Assembly: GCA_964016885.1 (NCBI GenBank)
Contig: OZ024740.1
Coordinates: 136,400,001-136,464,000, forward strand
Reading direction: 5' to 3'
Origin: Eledone cirrhosa
Lineage: Eukaryota
Length of the DNA: 64,000 nt
The notes under the pieces were generated by a model, which saw only the letters and a program-made list of their open reading frames with translations, ran no database searches and was not told the origin of the DNA. A program made the translations under genes and the position numbers. Shown piece by piece: positions 24,951-38,190 of the stretch (positions are counted from its first letter, which is position 1; every line of letters begins with the position of its first letter).

Positions 24951-25551
24951 GTCAGGTCACCAGTTGGTGCTACTGGTAACATGTATCCCAGTACAACCTG
25001 TTTCATGGTCGGGTCGTTGGCGACTAAACTGGCAACCCGACCAAGGTTTCTTGGTGAAGAGGGTGACTTTGGACATCCTGCAGGACTAAAAACAAAACCT
25101 GGCAAAGTGCAAAGGACCTCTTAAGAGTCAATGACCATCCAAAATCAACGTGAGAGATGACCCCTTAGCCTTTGTCAAGGCAGAATTCTAGAAGGAAAAC
25201 TCTGATATAACACCTGCAACCCTCATGGTATCCAATGGTGTTGACTTGTTCTTCTTTTTGGTAAATATCATCTTGGTTAAGAGAGTGGGACTGGCTTTGT
25301 GCAGTGCCTTGCTCACTATTAAAGCTTCACGGCACAGACATTGCTTTATATCTGGAGATCTCTCTGCACTTGTCACATGGTACCATGGGCCCAGCACTAT
25401 GTGTCAATAATTGTCACAAGTGTAGTGTTTGTACCAGAGTTTTCAAGTCGCTGGCTGGACTAAAAAGTCACACTTGTTCAACGCATCGGTAGGAGTTCTC
25501 CTACATGGATATAAAGTAGTGGCCGTACTCGAAAACGAGTTGGCAGCCACC
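24951..25551 (+). mobile_element. RTE-derived non-autonomous element
   Basis: Copy whose tail hosts the RLE LINE. Confidence 0.88.
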
Positions 25552-25562
25552 ATGTATGTATG

Positions 25563-25593
<31 letters not shown>

Positions 25594-25649
25594 GTATGTA
25601 TGTATGTATGTATGTATGTATGTATGTATGTATGTATGTATGTATGTAT

Positions 25650-28600
25650 TCTCTTTCTCTTAATTTCGAGTATATTGTTTTGACCGGCCACCTTCCTGGT
25701 GGCAATGTTGTAAAAGAAAAGAAATTGTCATCCCTTGAATCGCAAGAATGTTTTGCAAATTTTGAAGGTGCCAGCTATCGCAGCCATTTGTAGACTATGA
25801 ATTAGGGAGCTGCGCTTTTTGTCCGCAAATCCAAGTTCAGTCATACTTTGGTCCAAGCGGGTTAGTATATAACCCGTAGCACCAATAATGATGGGTATGA
25901 AGCTAAAGGTGTATCTTGGATACAGGATTTGTAAACTCCTCATCAATGGTCCGTAGATGTCCTCCTTCTCCTGTATTTTTCTGACACCGTTTACATCAAG
26001 TGGGCAGCTGATCTCCACAACAGAACACGTTTTCAATGTGTGGTCCCAAACTACAATATCAGGCCGGTTGTGCTTTAATTTGGAGGCAGTTTTTAATTTC
26101 AGGTTCCACCAGTATTCCTTAGTGCCATCTGTCTCAATATATTCTTCCTCGTTTGTTGTTAATTTTGTTTTCCGAAGTGCGTTCCAGATGGTTCTAGCTA
26201 TCCCATCGTGTCTCATGGGGAGGTAGTAGCGAGATGACATTCTTTCGCAGCTGGCAACAATGTGGCTTACATCCTCGATCTTTGTTTTACATAGCCTACA
26301 TTTATTGTCAGCTGCGGGCCCTCCTCTTTTGTGCAGCAGATATTTGGTAGGGAGTTCTTGTTCCTGTATTGCATAGAGATATCCCTCAAGGTGTGATGTC
26401 ATAAACTTGTCGGAACTCCATGCCAGGCTTTTTGAGTGGTTTATCCCCTCTATGGTCTGTGTTTTACGCCTCAAGTATCCATGCACAACTTCTTCTGTAA
26501 ATTGGTCAATTTTTTAATCTTGTTTGAACATTGAATAGGATCTTCCGATTTCTCTGGGTGAGAGATTTATATCAGGCTTTCTTCCATATCTCTCCTCCAG
26601 ATCAGTCGCTATTCTAATGATATTTCTTTTTTCATGCTCATAAACCTGGGCAAGGTGGTTGCCAACCTTTTTCCTCTGTTGAAGGTGTTGCTTCAGTGTT
26701 ACTATCCGGGTCTCATATGTTGTTAATATTGATTTTAGACCCCGGCCACCTTCCTTGCGTGAGAAGTATAGCCTATCCACATCACCATTGATGTTAAAGT
26801 TCCCAGTAACACTGAGAAGTTTTCGAGTTCTAACATCCATCTCACTTAGTTCTTGCAATGACCAGTTCAGTAGGCCAAATGTTGGCGTTAGAATTGGCAC
26901 AGCATAAGTATTGTGGGCAATGTATTTGTTGTATGCTGACAGTTCTGATGACCATATTTTCTTTACTCTTCTGAGGTATTCAGTTCTGGTTCTCTCCTTA
27001 TTTATGGGTCCATCATATCTGACATTCTCATCCTGTCCAAGATATCTGTAGTTGTCACCTGACTGCAGAGGTTGTATTGTCAGGCCGTTCATCTCTAGAT
27101 TTCTAGAGGAGGACACAGCTCTTCCACGTTTTACTGCCAAATATGCACACTTGGACTCACCAAATTTCATTTTGATGTCGGTTGAAAATTGTGTAATGAG
27201 GTCCAATTGTTTCTTGATGTCATTGATATTTGGCCCATACAACTTCAGGTCATCAACAAAGAAAAGATGGGAGATACTTCTGGGCCCACTTCTTTGTCCA
27301 CCTTGTTTCCTGAGTAGGTAAGATAGTGGATTCAGTGAAAGAACGAAGAGTAGCACTGACAAGCTATCACCCTGAAAGATGCCCTTCTGTTAATGTATCT
27401 TATCAGTCTTAACCTGCTCCTTCTCACCTCTAAGGATCAAATTGGTGTACCAGTTCTTGGTCAGGCGTTCAACAGCAGCTACCAATGGTTGTGGGACTTT
27501 AGCTAACTGTAAAGCCTTAATAATCCACCCATGAGGTACACTATCGAATGCTTTTTGATAGTCCAGCCACACGACAGTCATGTTTCTGCGATTCTTTGTT
27601 GTTTTTTCCTGAATCATTTTGTTAGTTAGTAGGTGATCTATGCAACCCCACACCTCCCTCTTTCCACCAGCTTGCTCAGGTGTTATGATGTTGTTGGTAG
27701 CACAGTGATCCTGTAAGAACAGGTTAAGGCACCCAGTATATAATTTATACATGATGTTTTGGCAGGCAATTGGGCGGTAATTTTTAGCAAGGGTGGTTTG
27801 GCTATTTTGGGGAATGAGGAGAGTAGTGGCAGTTGATAACCATCTGGGCAGTTCTTGTGTGCCCTTAATGGTTTCTGTAAACAGCCGTATGAGATCTTGC
27901 CGATAGAAAGTGAAATTCTTCAACCAGTATCCTGTAATGAGGTCTGGGCCTGGTGATTTCCTATTCGACATTTTCTGTAGAGCTGTTTCCAGTATTGATC
28001 CATCTATGTCATATTGTTTTGTCTGGACATGTTGGCAGTAGTCCTGTTCCAGTTCTTTTAGCCAATTAGCTTGTCTGTTGAATCCGTCATCCGTTTCCCA
28101 TACAGATCTCCAGTAGCTCTCAACCTGTTCTTTTGAAGGGGTGTCGTTTACAGGGATTGAGCTTTTGCCACCTAAGCTGCGATAAACTGATTTAGGATCT
28201 CTGGCAAACAATCTATTTAGCACTTGTTGTTTATGTGCTGTTGACTTATATTTTAGTCTTTCTGTTGTAGCTGTGAGTTGTTGTTTCAACTGGTGTAATT
28301 TGGAGTTCAAAGTTTTAAATTTTGTATCTCCAAATCGTCTCTCTAACTTTTTCTTTAGGTCTTCCTGGTGTCGTGTGAAGTTGCTCTCTATGTTGCATTT
28401 CATAACGACTGCGATGTGTGAGATACTTCGTCTCAGGGACAAAATTTTGGTTTTTAAATTTCGCATCCACGCTGGTTCAGGCTTTCTGTTTGTATCTTGA
28501 TTGCGTGGTTTTAGATGTGTGTTATATGATAGCAATGTGACATCTGAAACATATAACAAAACATTAAGCGTTTCAAATGTCGTTTCTACACCTTTAGATC

Positions 28601-29855
28601 GTATAGCCTTCAGATAATTGCCAGCTATTTCGTTCACCGCTTCCAATTCCAATTTAGTGGGTTCTTTACTGACTCTAGTGTTGTATGGTCTGTCACTCAC
28701 ATTAAGGCTGTGTATCTCTTGAAACATATCGTTCGATATCACTTGTAGGGTGCCCACAAGTTTTTGGTGCTCTGTTTGTTCAGTAGAGTCATGAATTTCA
28801 GCCTCGTTGTTGATGTGGTGACAATTACTACTAGAGTTAGCTGACCATTCTCGCTGTTCTTCAGTGGAATTGGGATGGATTTCAGCAAAATTGTTGGTGA
28901 GCTGTTCACTGTTAGATTTAGCTGGTCATTCTCTTTGTCTGTCAGTGGAGGTGGGGTGGTTGTCTACAAGGGCTGTATTTGTAGTATCACTCAATTCCGT
29001 TAGATGTATCAATTTACATCTAATGATACGTTTTGCCTGTTCATTTAGATGCTTTGGAGAAAAGTCTAATTCTGGGTGTTTGGAGTTCCATAGAGTTTTT
29101 AGCCTTTGCATAAAACCGAACTTTTGGGGTTCAGATTGTTTGTATGCTTCATATAAAACTTTGTTAAGCTCGTAGCTCCACTGTGTACAACGATTGTAGT
29201 TGCGATTTGGTTGAAGGAGACTTGTACTTTTTGCCATGATGAGTTCGTCTATTCACTAATATTTCGTATTTATTTTTCACAATAGTCGATAATCTTTTTT
29301 AAAAGTTACGACAAAGTTCTGTCAGAATCAAATTTAAAGTTATTCACAGCTTGGGTAATATTTCTTTTCAGTTAGTTTTTAATTCTACAACTGTGTTTTA
29401 AACGTTGTTCTTGAATCGTTTGAATCGAGAACAAAAAGAACCGTTACTTAGTATATTCCTTTATGAATGTAATATGATATAACAACGCTGTATTTATATG
29501 TTAAAGTTTATGTATCATTCATATAAATAGGTGTTCTACAACTTATTCACAGTTCAAACACTTATGTTTTTGTTTCTGAATCGAAAACGTTACTTGTATA
29601 TTTCTTTATAAGTGTAATATAACAACGTTGCATTTATATGTTAAAGTGTATGTATCGTTCATATATCATAAGTGTATGTATCGTTCATATAAATAGGTGT
29701 TTCACAACACACAGTTCAAACGCTTATGTAGAATTATTGTATGTAATCTTACCGCGTAATGTAGCTCAACTTTTTCCAATATATGGTATGTTTCCTTCAT
29801 GTAAGCCGTAATTACACGCGTCCGATTATCGGACACTGACCACAGCGGTCGCCAT
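25650..29855 (-). mobile_element. R4/Dong-like RLE-type non-LTR retrotransposon inserted in (ATGT)n
   Basis: A 4.2-kb insertion absent from other units, with (TATG)n on both sides. RT is followed by CCHC and a restriction-like endonuclease. Confidence 0.9.
25728..29237 (-). pseudogene. Single RT-RLE ORF (~1169 codons) with three in-frame stops
   Basis: ORF pieces starting at 29237, 28757, 27362 and 26486 share one frame. Motifs: NYRPIAC, LDYQKAFDSV, QGDSLS, HLFFVDDLKLY, CRLC..HIVASC, RHD, RPDIV..D..VEISCP..K. Confidence 0.9.
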
Positions 29856-30645
29856 TGTATGTATGTATGTATGTATGTATGTATGTATGTATGTATGTAT
29901 GTATGTATGTATGTTAGGGTGGTGAATTGGCAGAGTCGTTAGAACGTCGAATAAAAGTGTTTGTGATATTTGTCCCGGTGGTGGTCACCTTTGCCTTTCA
30001 TCAATTCGAAGTCGATAAATAAAGTACCAGTCTAGTACTGGGTTGGATTCTTCACCTATATCTCTTTCTCATTTCCTCTCTCTCACTTTCTAACTTTCTC
30101 TGTACTCGGGTGTAATATTCCCTGGTTACGCGTTCCTTGGTACAGATACCATCATAGGATATATTTTCATCTATCCCTTAGGTATCTGTAGTAGTCCTCC
30201 TCGGATATCGGTGAAACAGTTAGGCCATTGATAAAAATGTTGCTAGATTAGCTTGTAGTTTTTCCCCGCTTTACAATCATATATGAACATTTATCCTGTA
30301 AAGCCTGGTGTAGTCGAAGGGGCACCGTTGCGACATACGATGTGTTTGGGCATTGTAAATCTGGTGGAGCCCATCCCCTCTCCGGATCTAACACAACCGA
30401 TTTCCTCTAAAGAGAGAGAGAGGTAGGTATAAAGAGAAAGACATTTCAATATAAATAATCGACTCCAAAGGACGACAGTCAAAGTTGACATTGACGGGGT
30501 TTGAACTAAGAGAGCCGAAACAACACGAAATACAAGAGGGTTACTGAGTATATTACCTCCTTTACAATTTGCAAGGCCTACAAGTGAAGAGATAGGTCCA
30601 GTCAGTACATCGCTCGGAGAATCAAGGCGGTGCCACCTAAATATC

Positions 30646-31583
30646 TATAGCGAGATTACTGAGGTTGTATGAATGTAACAAAACGAGACATGGTTTGTGT
30701 GTATAATATTTAATTAACAATGGTAGATAGTATACTTGACATGTCAAAGATGAGGATGTTGTTAGAATGAAGCAAAGTTAGTAGTTACCGTCTTGATTGC
30801 CAGGCAAACGCGGCTGGCAGAGGACGCCTGGCTAAGGCCAGGCGCCTGTTGGCCAAATTAATGGCGGAGCCCAATGAGAGGCTCTTGACCTGGTGCCGAA
30901 AAGGCAAAGAGAGAAAGGAAGCTTAAAGTTGTTAGTTTTATAGGGCTCTGACCGGAAGTTGCAGAAAGGGTTCCACTTCCCGTCTAGATCCTAATCAAAA
31001 CAAGGGAGACAACCGCTACATAACCTCCCGCCAGAATTTTAGTGTATAAAAATCGAAATGAAAATATGTAGCAAGTTGGCGAGAATGTTGTAACAGGCAT
31101 GAAAATTACGACAAAAGAATGTTTGGAAAAATCAATGATAGATATCAAGGTAGCCAACCGCTCTTGGCCAGAGAACGACTGGACATCCATCTATCCATCA
31201 CCCAAAGATACAATGTAATAAAGTAAAAGTAATAGAAGAGCTCAAGGGTGTATAATGTAAAGGGTTGTTACCCGATGGCAATAATACCATTCTGAAGTTG
31301 GTAGAACAGGTCTTGGCGCTCTAATCTCAGGCTGGTGAGCTGCATGGTGCTTGGTAACAAAAGGGTCGTCCAGCAAGGATCACCAGCTATGGTCGAAGAT
31401 GTTACCACTTCAGGAATCAGGAGGCGAGAGAGAGATTTCGCGGTTAATCGCTCCTTTTATCTCTGTTGACCGGAAGTGACCACTAGGGAGTTTGGTCAAT
31501 CCCAAAGGGAAGCAACTCCACCTACTTCCTGTCTAGAGAACAGCGATTCGATTGTCGTGGCAGGGGAAGCAACTCTTACTACA
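30646..31583 (-). mobile_element. Solo LTR (probably Gypsy-type), 938 bp
   Basis: Unique insertion with TSD TATC (30642-45 and 31584-87). Minus-strand termini TGTAGTAAGA...TCTCGCTATA form an imperfect inverted repeat. TATAAAA near 30940 and ATTAAA near 30710 are in LTR order. Confidence 0.8.
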
Positions 31584-33006
31584 TATCTAACACTAATCAC
31601 ATCGTAGCTCCTTTTAAATGGTGTAAAGAACACACCTCCCTCCAACAGGTCTACTTTTTTGATACTGAAAGCAACTTTGTCCCGGCCATCTCGCACAAGT
31701 TTACGCATCTAATGGCAGTTTTTCTTTCTCCGCTCAAGATCGTTTGTACGTTTATCTATTGGTCATGATCTATTGTTTATTTTTCTACTAAAGATGATCG
31801 ATAGTATATTTTTCTTTTGACATGCTGGATTTAACGTTTTTTCCACTGGTCATCATCGATTGTAGCTTTTCCCACAGAAAATGATCGATTCTCCATTCTT
31901 TTGTTCGCCAACTTATGTACGAGCTTGTAATTCCTGGCGAAGCCCACAGCGTTCGTCTGTACACAACTGATTTCTTCCAGCGAAAGTGTGAGGGACAGTC
32001 TGAAAGATGGAAAAAAGTTTGGCATCGGCAACAATTGAACTAAAATTCGCTAAACGCCAAGACATTTCTGCGTTCTAACAACTATGCCAGTGTGGCGTCT
32101 AAATTTGTATATCGAATTCTACCTATATTTCTCAGCTTAATAAAATTATAGAAGTTGTCTATTTTGGTTAGTTTTAGCTGGGGGTTTTTTTCTATTGCAC
32201 TTTATAAGACTTTTCCATGCTTTTGTCACATTCCTTAAATTTTACATTTAACATATATATAATGCTTTCATAAAGTAATGAAAAATCAGATTTGATTCGT
32301 ATCCGAAATGTTTCAGTGTTGTCGTGCATTTGTATATATGTATGTATCTAACCCCTCGTGTATTGGTAGTGGTGTCATGACATACAGAATGTCGTGAGCA
32401 TTTCATACATGGCGGAGTCATGGGGTAGGAAATGTATTTTGTGTGTAAATGTTAAACAGTTACAAAGGGAGTTATGTATTAATATAAACAAACATAGATT
32501 GGGAGGGTTCGAAATCCATATATGATCGAGCAGGCTCTAAAGGTTTTCAGCCAATATACTAAAAATAACAGTAAAATCTCCTCCTAATAATTAGTAGTGG
32601 TACAGTAAATAATGTTTCCGGCCGCTTCTCGCTGCACAGCCCTCCGTGGGGACCTCTAGTATCCTTGCTCCCTACACTTCTGATTTCCACGATAAATTCA
32701 GAAAGACGGTGACCCGCTTGAGGTAGGAGCCCGTAGGGTGGGGTAGCTGCTGCAGCCGATGTCTCTGGTCATTTTCCGTGGTAATGCCTTTGCAGTTTTA
32801 CCTGCGGCTGAGGCACCGCTCAGACTGGGGTGTAGTGTCTGCCCCTCCCTTTAGTTGCATTAAATGTTTTGATTTTGTATACACTACCATCAATATAACT
32901 ACAACTAAATCTCATAGTTAGACAATAGCAATAACTGTAACGCCTAATACCTCAGAATTAAGCAGTCTGTGTTGCCTATGTACAATCTAATCTTCGATTC
33001 ATTTTA

Positions 33007-33146
33007 CCACCTCCTTAGAGGCGTGAAAAAATTGCGAAGAGCACCTTACAGGTGCCCTCCGCGGGGTATTGGGAATAGTTTTCAACTAGCAATAACCACG
33101 CCTCGGATAAACCTCATTGGCCATGGTACCGCCTCTGCGCAAAGCT
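33007..33146 (-). ncRNA. U4: U4 spliceosomal snRNA
   Basis: Near-identical copy. Confidence 0.95.
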
Positions 33147-33834
33147 GTCGGTAACCCATCACACCTGTTTATTTAAGGTAATATGAAAAATATTCATTCA
33201 CTGATTCGTCTTCGCAGTTTATAGTTTATAATTAATTCCTATCATTCATTTCCATTAATCTTAAAATTCAGCTACTTCTACTTTGTTATGTTTAATAATT
33301 GTTTCTACTGTTGGCACAAGGCCAGCAAATACACAGTGCATTACTGGTACTTTATTTTATCGACCCCGTAAGGATGAAAGGCAAAGTCAACCTCGGCGGC
33401 AAATAATAATCTCATAACAGAAATATACAGGCCCACATATTTTGTAAACAGAATAATAAATTAATTCGGTGTATCGTCTTTCTCAAGAATATTATTGACG
33501 TCACTACATAACTAATTTAATCCTTCGGTAATTGGTTGTTTTTGTTGTCCCTTATGGCCCTTCATTTCTGTTAGTTTTAGCTGGTTTCCTTTTCCTATTG
33601 CATTTTATAAGACTTTTCCATGGTTTTTTAATGATTTTTGTGACAACCTGCCTTAAATTTTAAAGTTAATTCATATATATTTTAATACTATTTTCATAAA
33701 ATAATGAAAAATCAGTCTTAAAAGATTTGCCATGAATTTGGAGTTAGGGGACCATACATACATAAATGTATGTATGTATGTATGTATGTATGTATGTATG
33801 TATGTATGTATGTATGTATGTATGTATGTATTAT

Positions 33835-34437
33835 GTCAGGTCACCAGTTAGTGCTACTGGTAACATGAATCCCAGTACAACCTGTCTCATGGTCGGGTCG
33901 TTGGCGACTAAACTGACAACCCCACCAAGGTTTCTTTGTGAGGACGGTGACTTTGGACATCCTGCAGGACTAAAAAAAAACCTGTCAAAGGGCAAAGGAC
34001 CTCTTAAGAGTCAATGGCCATCCAAAATCACCGGGAGAGATGACCCCTTAGCCTTTGTCAAGGCAGAATTCTAGGAGGAGGAAAACTCTGATATAACACC
34101 TGCAAACCTGATGGTATCCAATGATGTTGACTTGTTCTTCTTTTTGGTAAATATCATCTTAGTTAAAAGAGTGGGACTGGCTTTGTGCAGTGCCTTGCTC
34201 ACTATTAAAGCTTCACGGCACAGACATTGCTTTATATCTGGAGATCTCTCTGCACTTGTCACATGGTACAATGAGCCCAGCACTATGTGTCAATAATTGT
34301 CACAAGTGTAGTGTTTGTACCAGAGTTTTCAAGTCGCTGGCTGGACTAAAAAGCCACACTTGTTCAACGCATTGGTAGGGGTTCTCCTACATGGATATAA
34401 AGTAGTGGCCGTACTCGAAAACGAGTTGGCAGCCACC
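33835..34437 (+). mobile_element. RTE-derived non-autonomous element
   Basis: Copy flanked by (ATGT)n. Confidence 0.88.
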
Positions 34438-36735
34438 ATGCATGTATGTATGTATGTATGTATGTATGTATGTATGTATGTATGTATGTATGTATGTATG
34501 TATGTATGTATGTTAGGGTGGTGAATTGGCAGAGTCGTTAGAACGTCGAATAAAAGTGTTTGTGATATTTGTCCCGGTCGTGGTCACCTTTGCGTTTCAT
34601 CAATTCGAAGTCGATAAATAAAGTACCAGTCTAGTACTGGGTTGGATTCTTCACCTATATCTCTTTCTCATTTCCTCTCTCTCACTTTCTAACTTTCTCT
34701 GTACTCGGGTGTAATATTCCCTGGTTACGCGTTCCTTGGTACAGATACCATCATAGGATATGTTTTCATCTATCCCTTAGGTATCTGTAGCAGTCCTCCT
34801 CGGATATCGGTGAAACAGTTAGGCCATTGATAAATATGTTGCTAGATTAGCTTGTAGTTTTTCCCCGCTTTACAATCATATATGAACATTTATCCTGTAA
34901 AGCCTGGTGTAGTCGAAGGGGCACTGTTGCGACATACGATGTGTTTGGGCATTGTAAATCTGGTGGAGCCCATCCCCTCTCCGGATCTAACACAACCGAT
35001 TTCCTCTAAAGAGAGAAAGAGGTGGGTATAAAGAGAAAGACATTTCAATATGAATAATCGACTCCAAAGGACGACAGTCAAAGTTGACATTGACGAGGTT
35101 TGAACTAAGAGAGCCGAAACAACACGAAATACAAGAGGGTTACTGAGTATATTACCTCCTTTACAATTTGCAAGGCCTACAAGTGAAGAGATAGGTCCAG
35201 TCAGTACATCGCTCGGAGAATCAAGGCGGTGCCAACTAAATATCTAACACTAATCACATCGTAGCTCCTTTTAAATGGTGTAAAGAACACACCTCCCTCC
35301 AACAGGTCTACTTTTTTTGATACTGAAAGCAACTTTGTCCCGGCCATCTCGCACAAGTTTACGCATCTAATGGCAGTTTTTCTTTCTCCGCTCAAGATCG
35401 TTTGTACGTTTATCTATTGGACATGATCTATTGTTTATTTTTCTACTAAAGATGATCGATAGTATATTTTTCTTTTGACATGCTGGATTGAACGTTTTTT
35501 CCACTGGTCATCATCGATTGTATCTTTTCCCACAGAAAATGATCGATTCTCCATTCTTTTGTTCGCCAACTTATGTACGAGCTTGTAATTCCTGGCGAAG
35601 CCCACAGCGTTCGTCTGTACACAACTGATTTCTTCCAGCGAAAGTGAGAGGGACAGTCTGAAAGATGGAAAAAAGTTTGGCATCGGCGACAATTGAACTA
35701 AAATTCGCTAAACGCCAAGACATTTCTGCTTTCTACCAACTATGCCAGTGTGGCGTCTAAATTTGTATATCGAATTCTACCTATATTTCTCAGCTTAATA
35801 AAATTATAGAAGTTGTCTATTTTTGTATTTAAATACCAACCTCGTGTGAGGTTTGTAAAAATTGCGTCTAGCACCTTATAGGTGGCCCTTCATTTCTGTT
35901 AGTTTTAGCTGGGAGTTTTTTTCTATTGCACTTTATAAGACTTTTCCATGCTTTTGTCACATTCCTTAAATTTTACATTTAACATATATATAATGCTTTC
36001 ATAAAGTAATGAAAAATCAGATTTAATTCGTATCCGAAATGTTTCAGTGTTGTCGTGCATTTGTATATATGTATGTATCTAACCCCTCGTGTATTGGTAG
36101 TGGTGTCATGACATACAGAATGCCGTGAGCATTTCATACATGGCGGAGTCATGGGGTAGGAAATGTATTTTGTGTGTAAATGTTAAACAGTTACAAAGGG
36201 AGTTATGTATTAATATAAACAAACATAAATTGGGAGGGTTCGAAATCCATATATGATCGAGCAGGCTCTAAATGTTTTCAGCCAATATACTAAAAATAAC
36301 AGTAAAATCTCCCCCTAATTATTAGTAGTGGTACAGTAAATGTTTACGGCCGCTTCTCGCTGCACAACCCTCCGTGGGGACCTCTAGTTTCCTTGCTCCC
36401 TACACTTCTGATTTCCACGATAAATTCAGAAGGACGGTGACCCACTTGAGGAAGGAGCCCGTAGGGTGGGGTAGCTGCTACAGCCGATGTCTCTGGTCAT
36501 TCTCCGTGGTAATGCCTTTGCAATTTTACCTACGGTGAGGCACCGCTCAGACTGGGGTGTAGTGTCTGCCTCTCCCTTTAGTTGCATTAAATGTTTTGAT
36601 TCTGTATATCCACTACCATCAATATAACTACAACTAAATCTCATAGTTAGACAATAGCACTAACTGTAACGCCTAATACCTCAGAATTAAGCAGTCTGTG
36701 TTGCCTATGTACAATCTAATCTTTGATTCATTTTA

Positions 36736-36875
36736 CCACCTCCTTAGAGGCGTGAAAAAATTGCGAAGAGCACCTTACAGGTGCCCTCCGCTGGGTATTG
36801 GGAATAGTTTTCAACTAGCAATAACCACGCCTCGGATAAACCTCATTGGCCATGGTACCGCCTCTGCGCAAAGCT
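36736..36875 (-). ncRNA. U4: U4 spliceosomal snRNA
   Basis: Near-identical copy. Confidence 0.95.
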
Positions 36876-37587
36876 GTCGGTAACCCATCACACCTGTTTA
36901 TTTAAGGTAATATGAAAAATATTCATTCACTGATTCGTCTTCGCAGTTTATAGTTTATAATTAATTCCTATCATTCATTTCCATTAATCTTAAAATTCAG
37001 CTACTTCTACTTTGTTATGTTTAATAATTGTTTCTACTTTAGGCACAAGGCCAGCAAATATTCCAGTGTATTACTGGTACTTTATTTTATCGACCCCGTA
37101 AGGATGAAAGGCAAAGTCAACCTTGGCGGGAAATAATAATCTCATAACAGAAATATACAGGCCCACATATTTTGTAAACAGAATAATAAATTAATTCGGT
37201 GTATCGTCTTTCTCAAGAATATTATTGACGTCACTACATAACTAATTTAATCCTTCGGTGATTGGTTGTTTTTGTTGTCCCTTATGGCCCTTCATTTCTG
37301 TTAGTTTTAGCTGGTTTCCTTTTCCTATTGCATTTTATAAGACTTTTCCATGGTTTTTTAATGAGTTTTGTGACAACCTGCCTTAAATTTTAAACATAAT
37401 TCATATATATTTTAATACTATTTTCATAAAATAATGAAAAATCAGTCTTAAAAGATTTGGCATGCATTTGGAGTTAGGGGACCATACATACATAAATGTA
37501 TGTATGTATGTATTATGTATGTATGTATGTATGTATGTATGTATGTATGTATGTATGTATGTATGTATGTATGTATGTATGTATTAT

Positions 37588-38190
37588 GTCAGGTCACCAG
37601 TTGGTGCTACTGGTAACATGTATCCTGTACAACCTGTCTCATAGTCGGGTCGTTGGCGACTAAACTGGCAACCCCACCAAGGTTTCTTGGTGAGGACGGT
37701 GACTTTGGACATCCTGCAGGACTAAAAGCAAAACCTGTCAAATGGCAAAGGACCTCTTAAGAGTCAATGGCCATCCAAAATCACCGGGAGAGATGACCCC
37801 TTAGCCTTTGTCAAGGCAGAATTCTAGGAGGAGGAAACCTCTGATATAACACCTGCAAACCTGATGGTATCCAATGATGTTGACTTGTTCTTCTTTTTGG
37901 TAAATATCATCTTGGTTAAAAGAGTGGGACTGGCTTTGTGCAGTGCCTTGCTCACTATTAAAGCTTCACGGCACAGACATTGCTTTATAACTGGAGATCT
38001 CTCTGCACTTGTCACATGGTACCATGGGCCCAGCACTATGTGTCAATAATTGTCACAAGTGTAATGTTTGTACCAGAGTTTTCAAGTCGCTGGCTGGACT
38101 AAAAATTCACACTTGTTCAACGCATCAGTAGGGGTTCTCCTACATGGATATAAAGTAGTGGCCGTATTCGAAAACGAGTTGGCAGCCACC
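37588..38190 (+). mobile_element. RTE-derived non-autonomous element
   Basis: Copy flanked by (ATGT)n. Confidence 0.88.

Noticed and set aside
29843-29856. Minus-strand TGGCGACCG resembling an LTR primer-binding site
   Set aside because: It is the 5' end of a non-LTR RLE element with no adjacent LTR.
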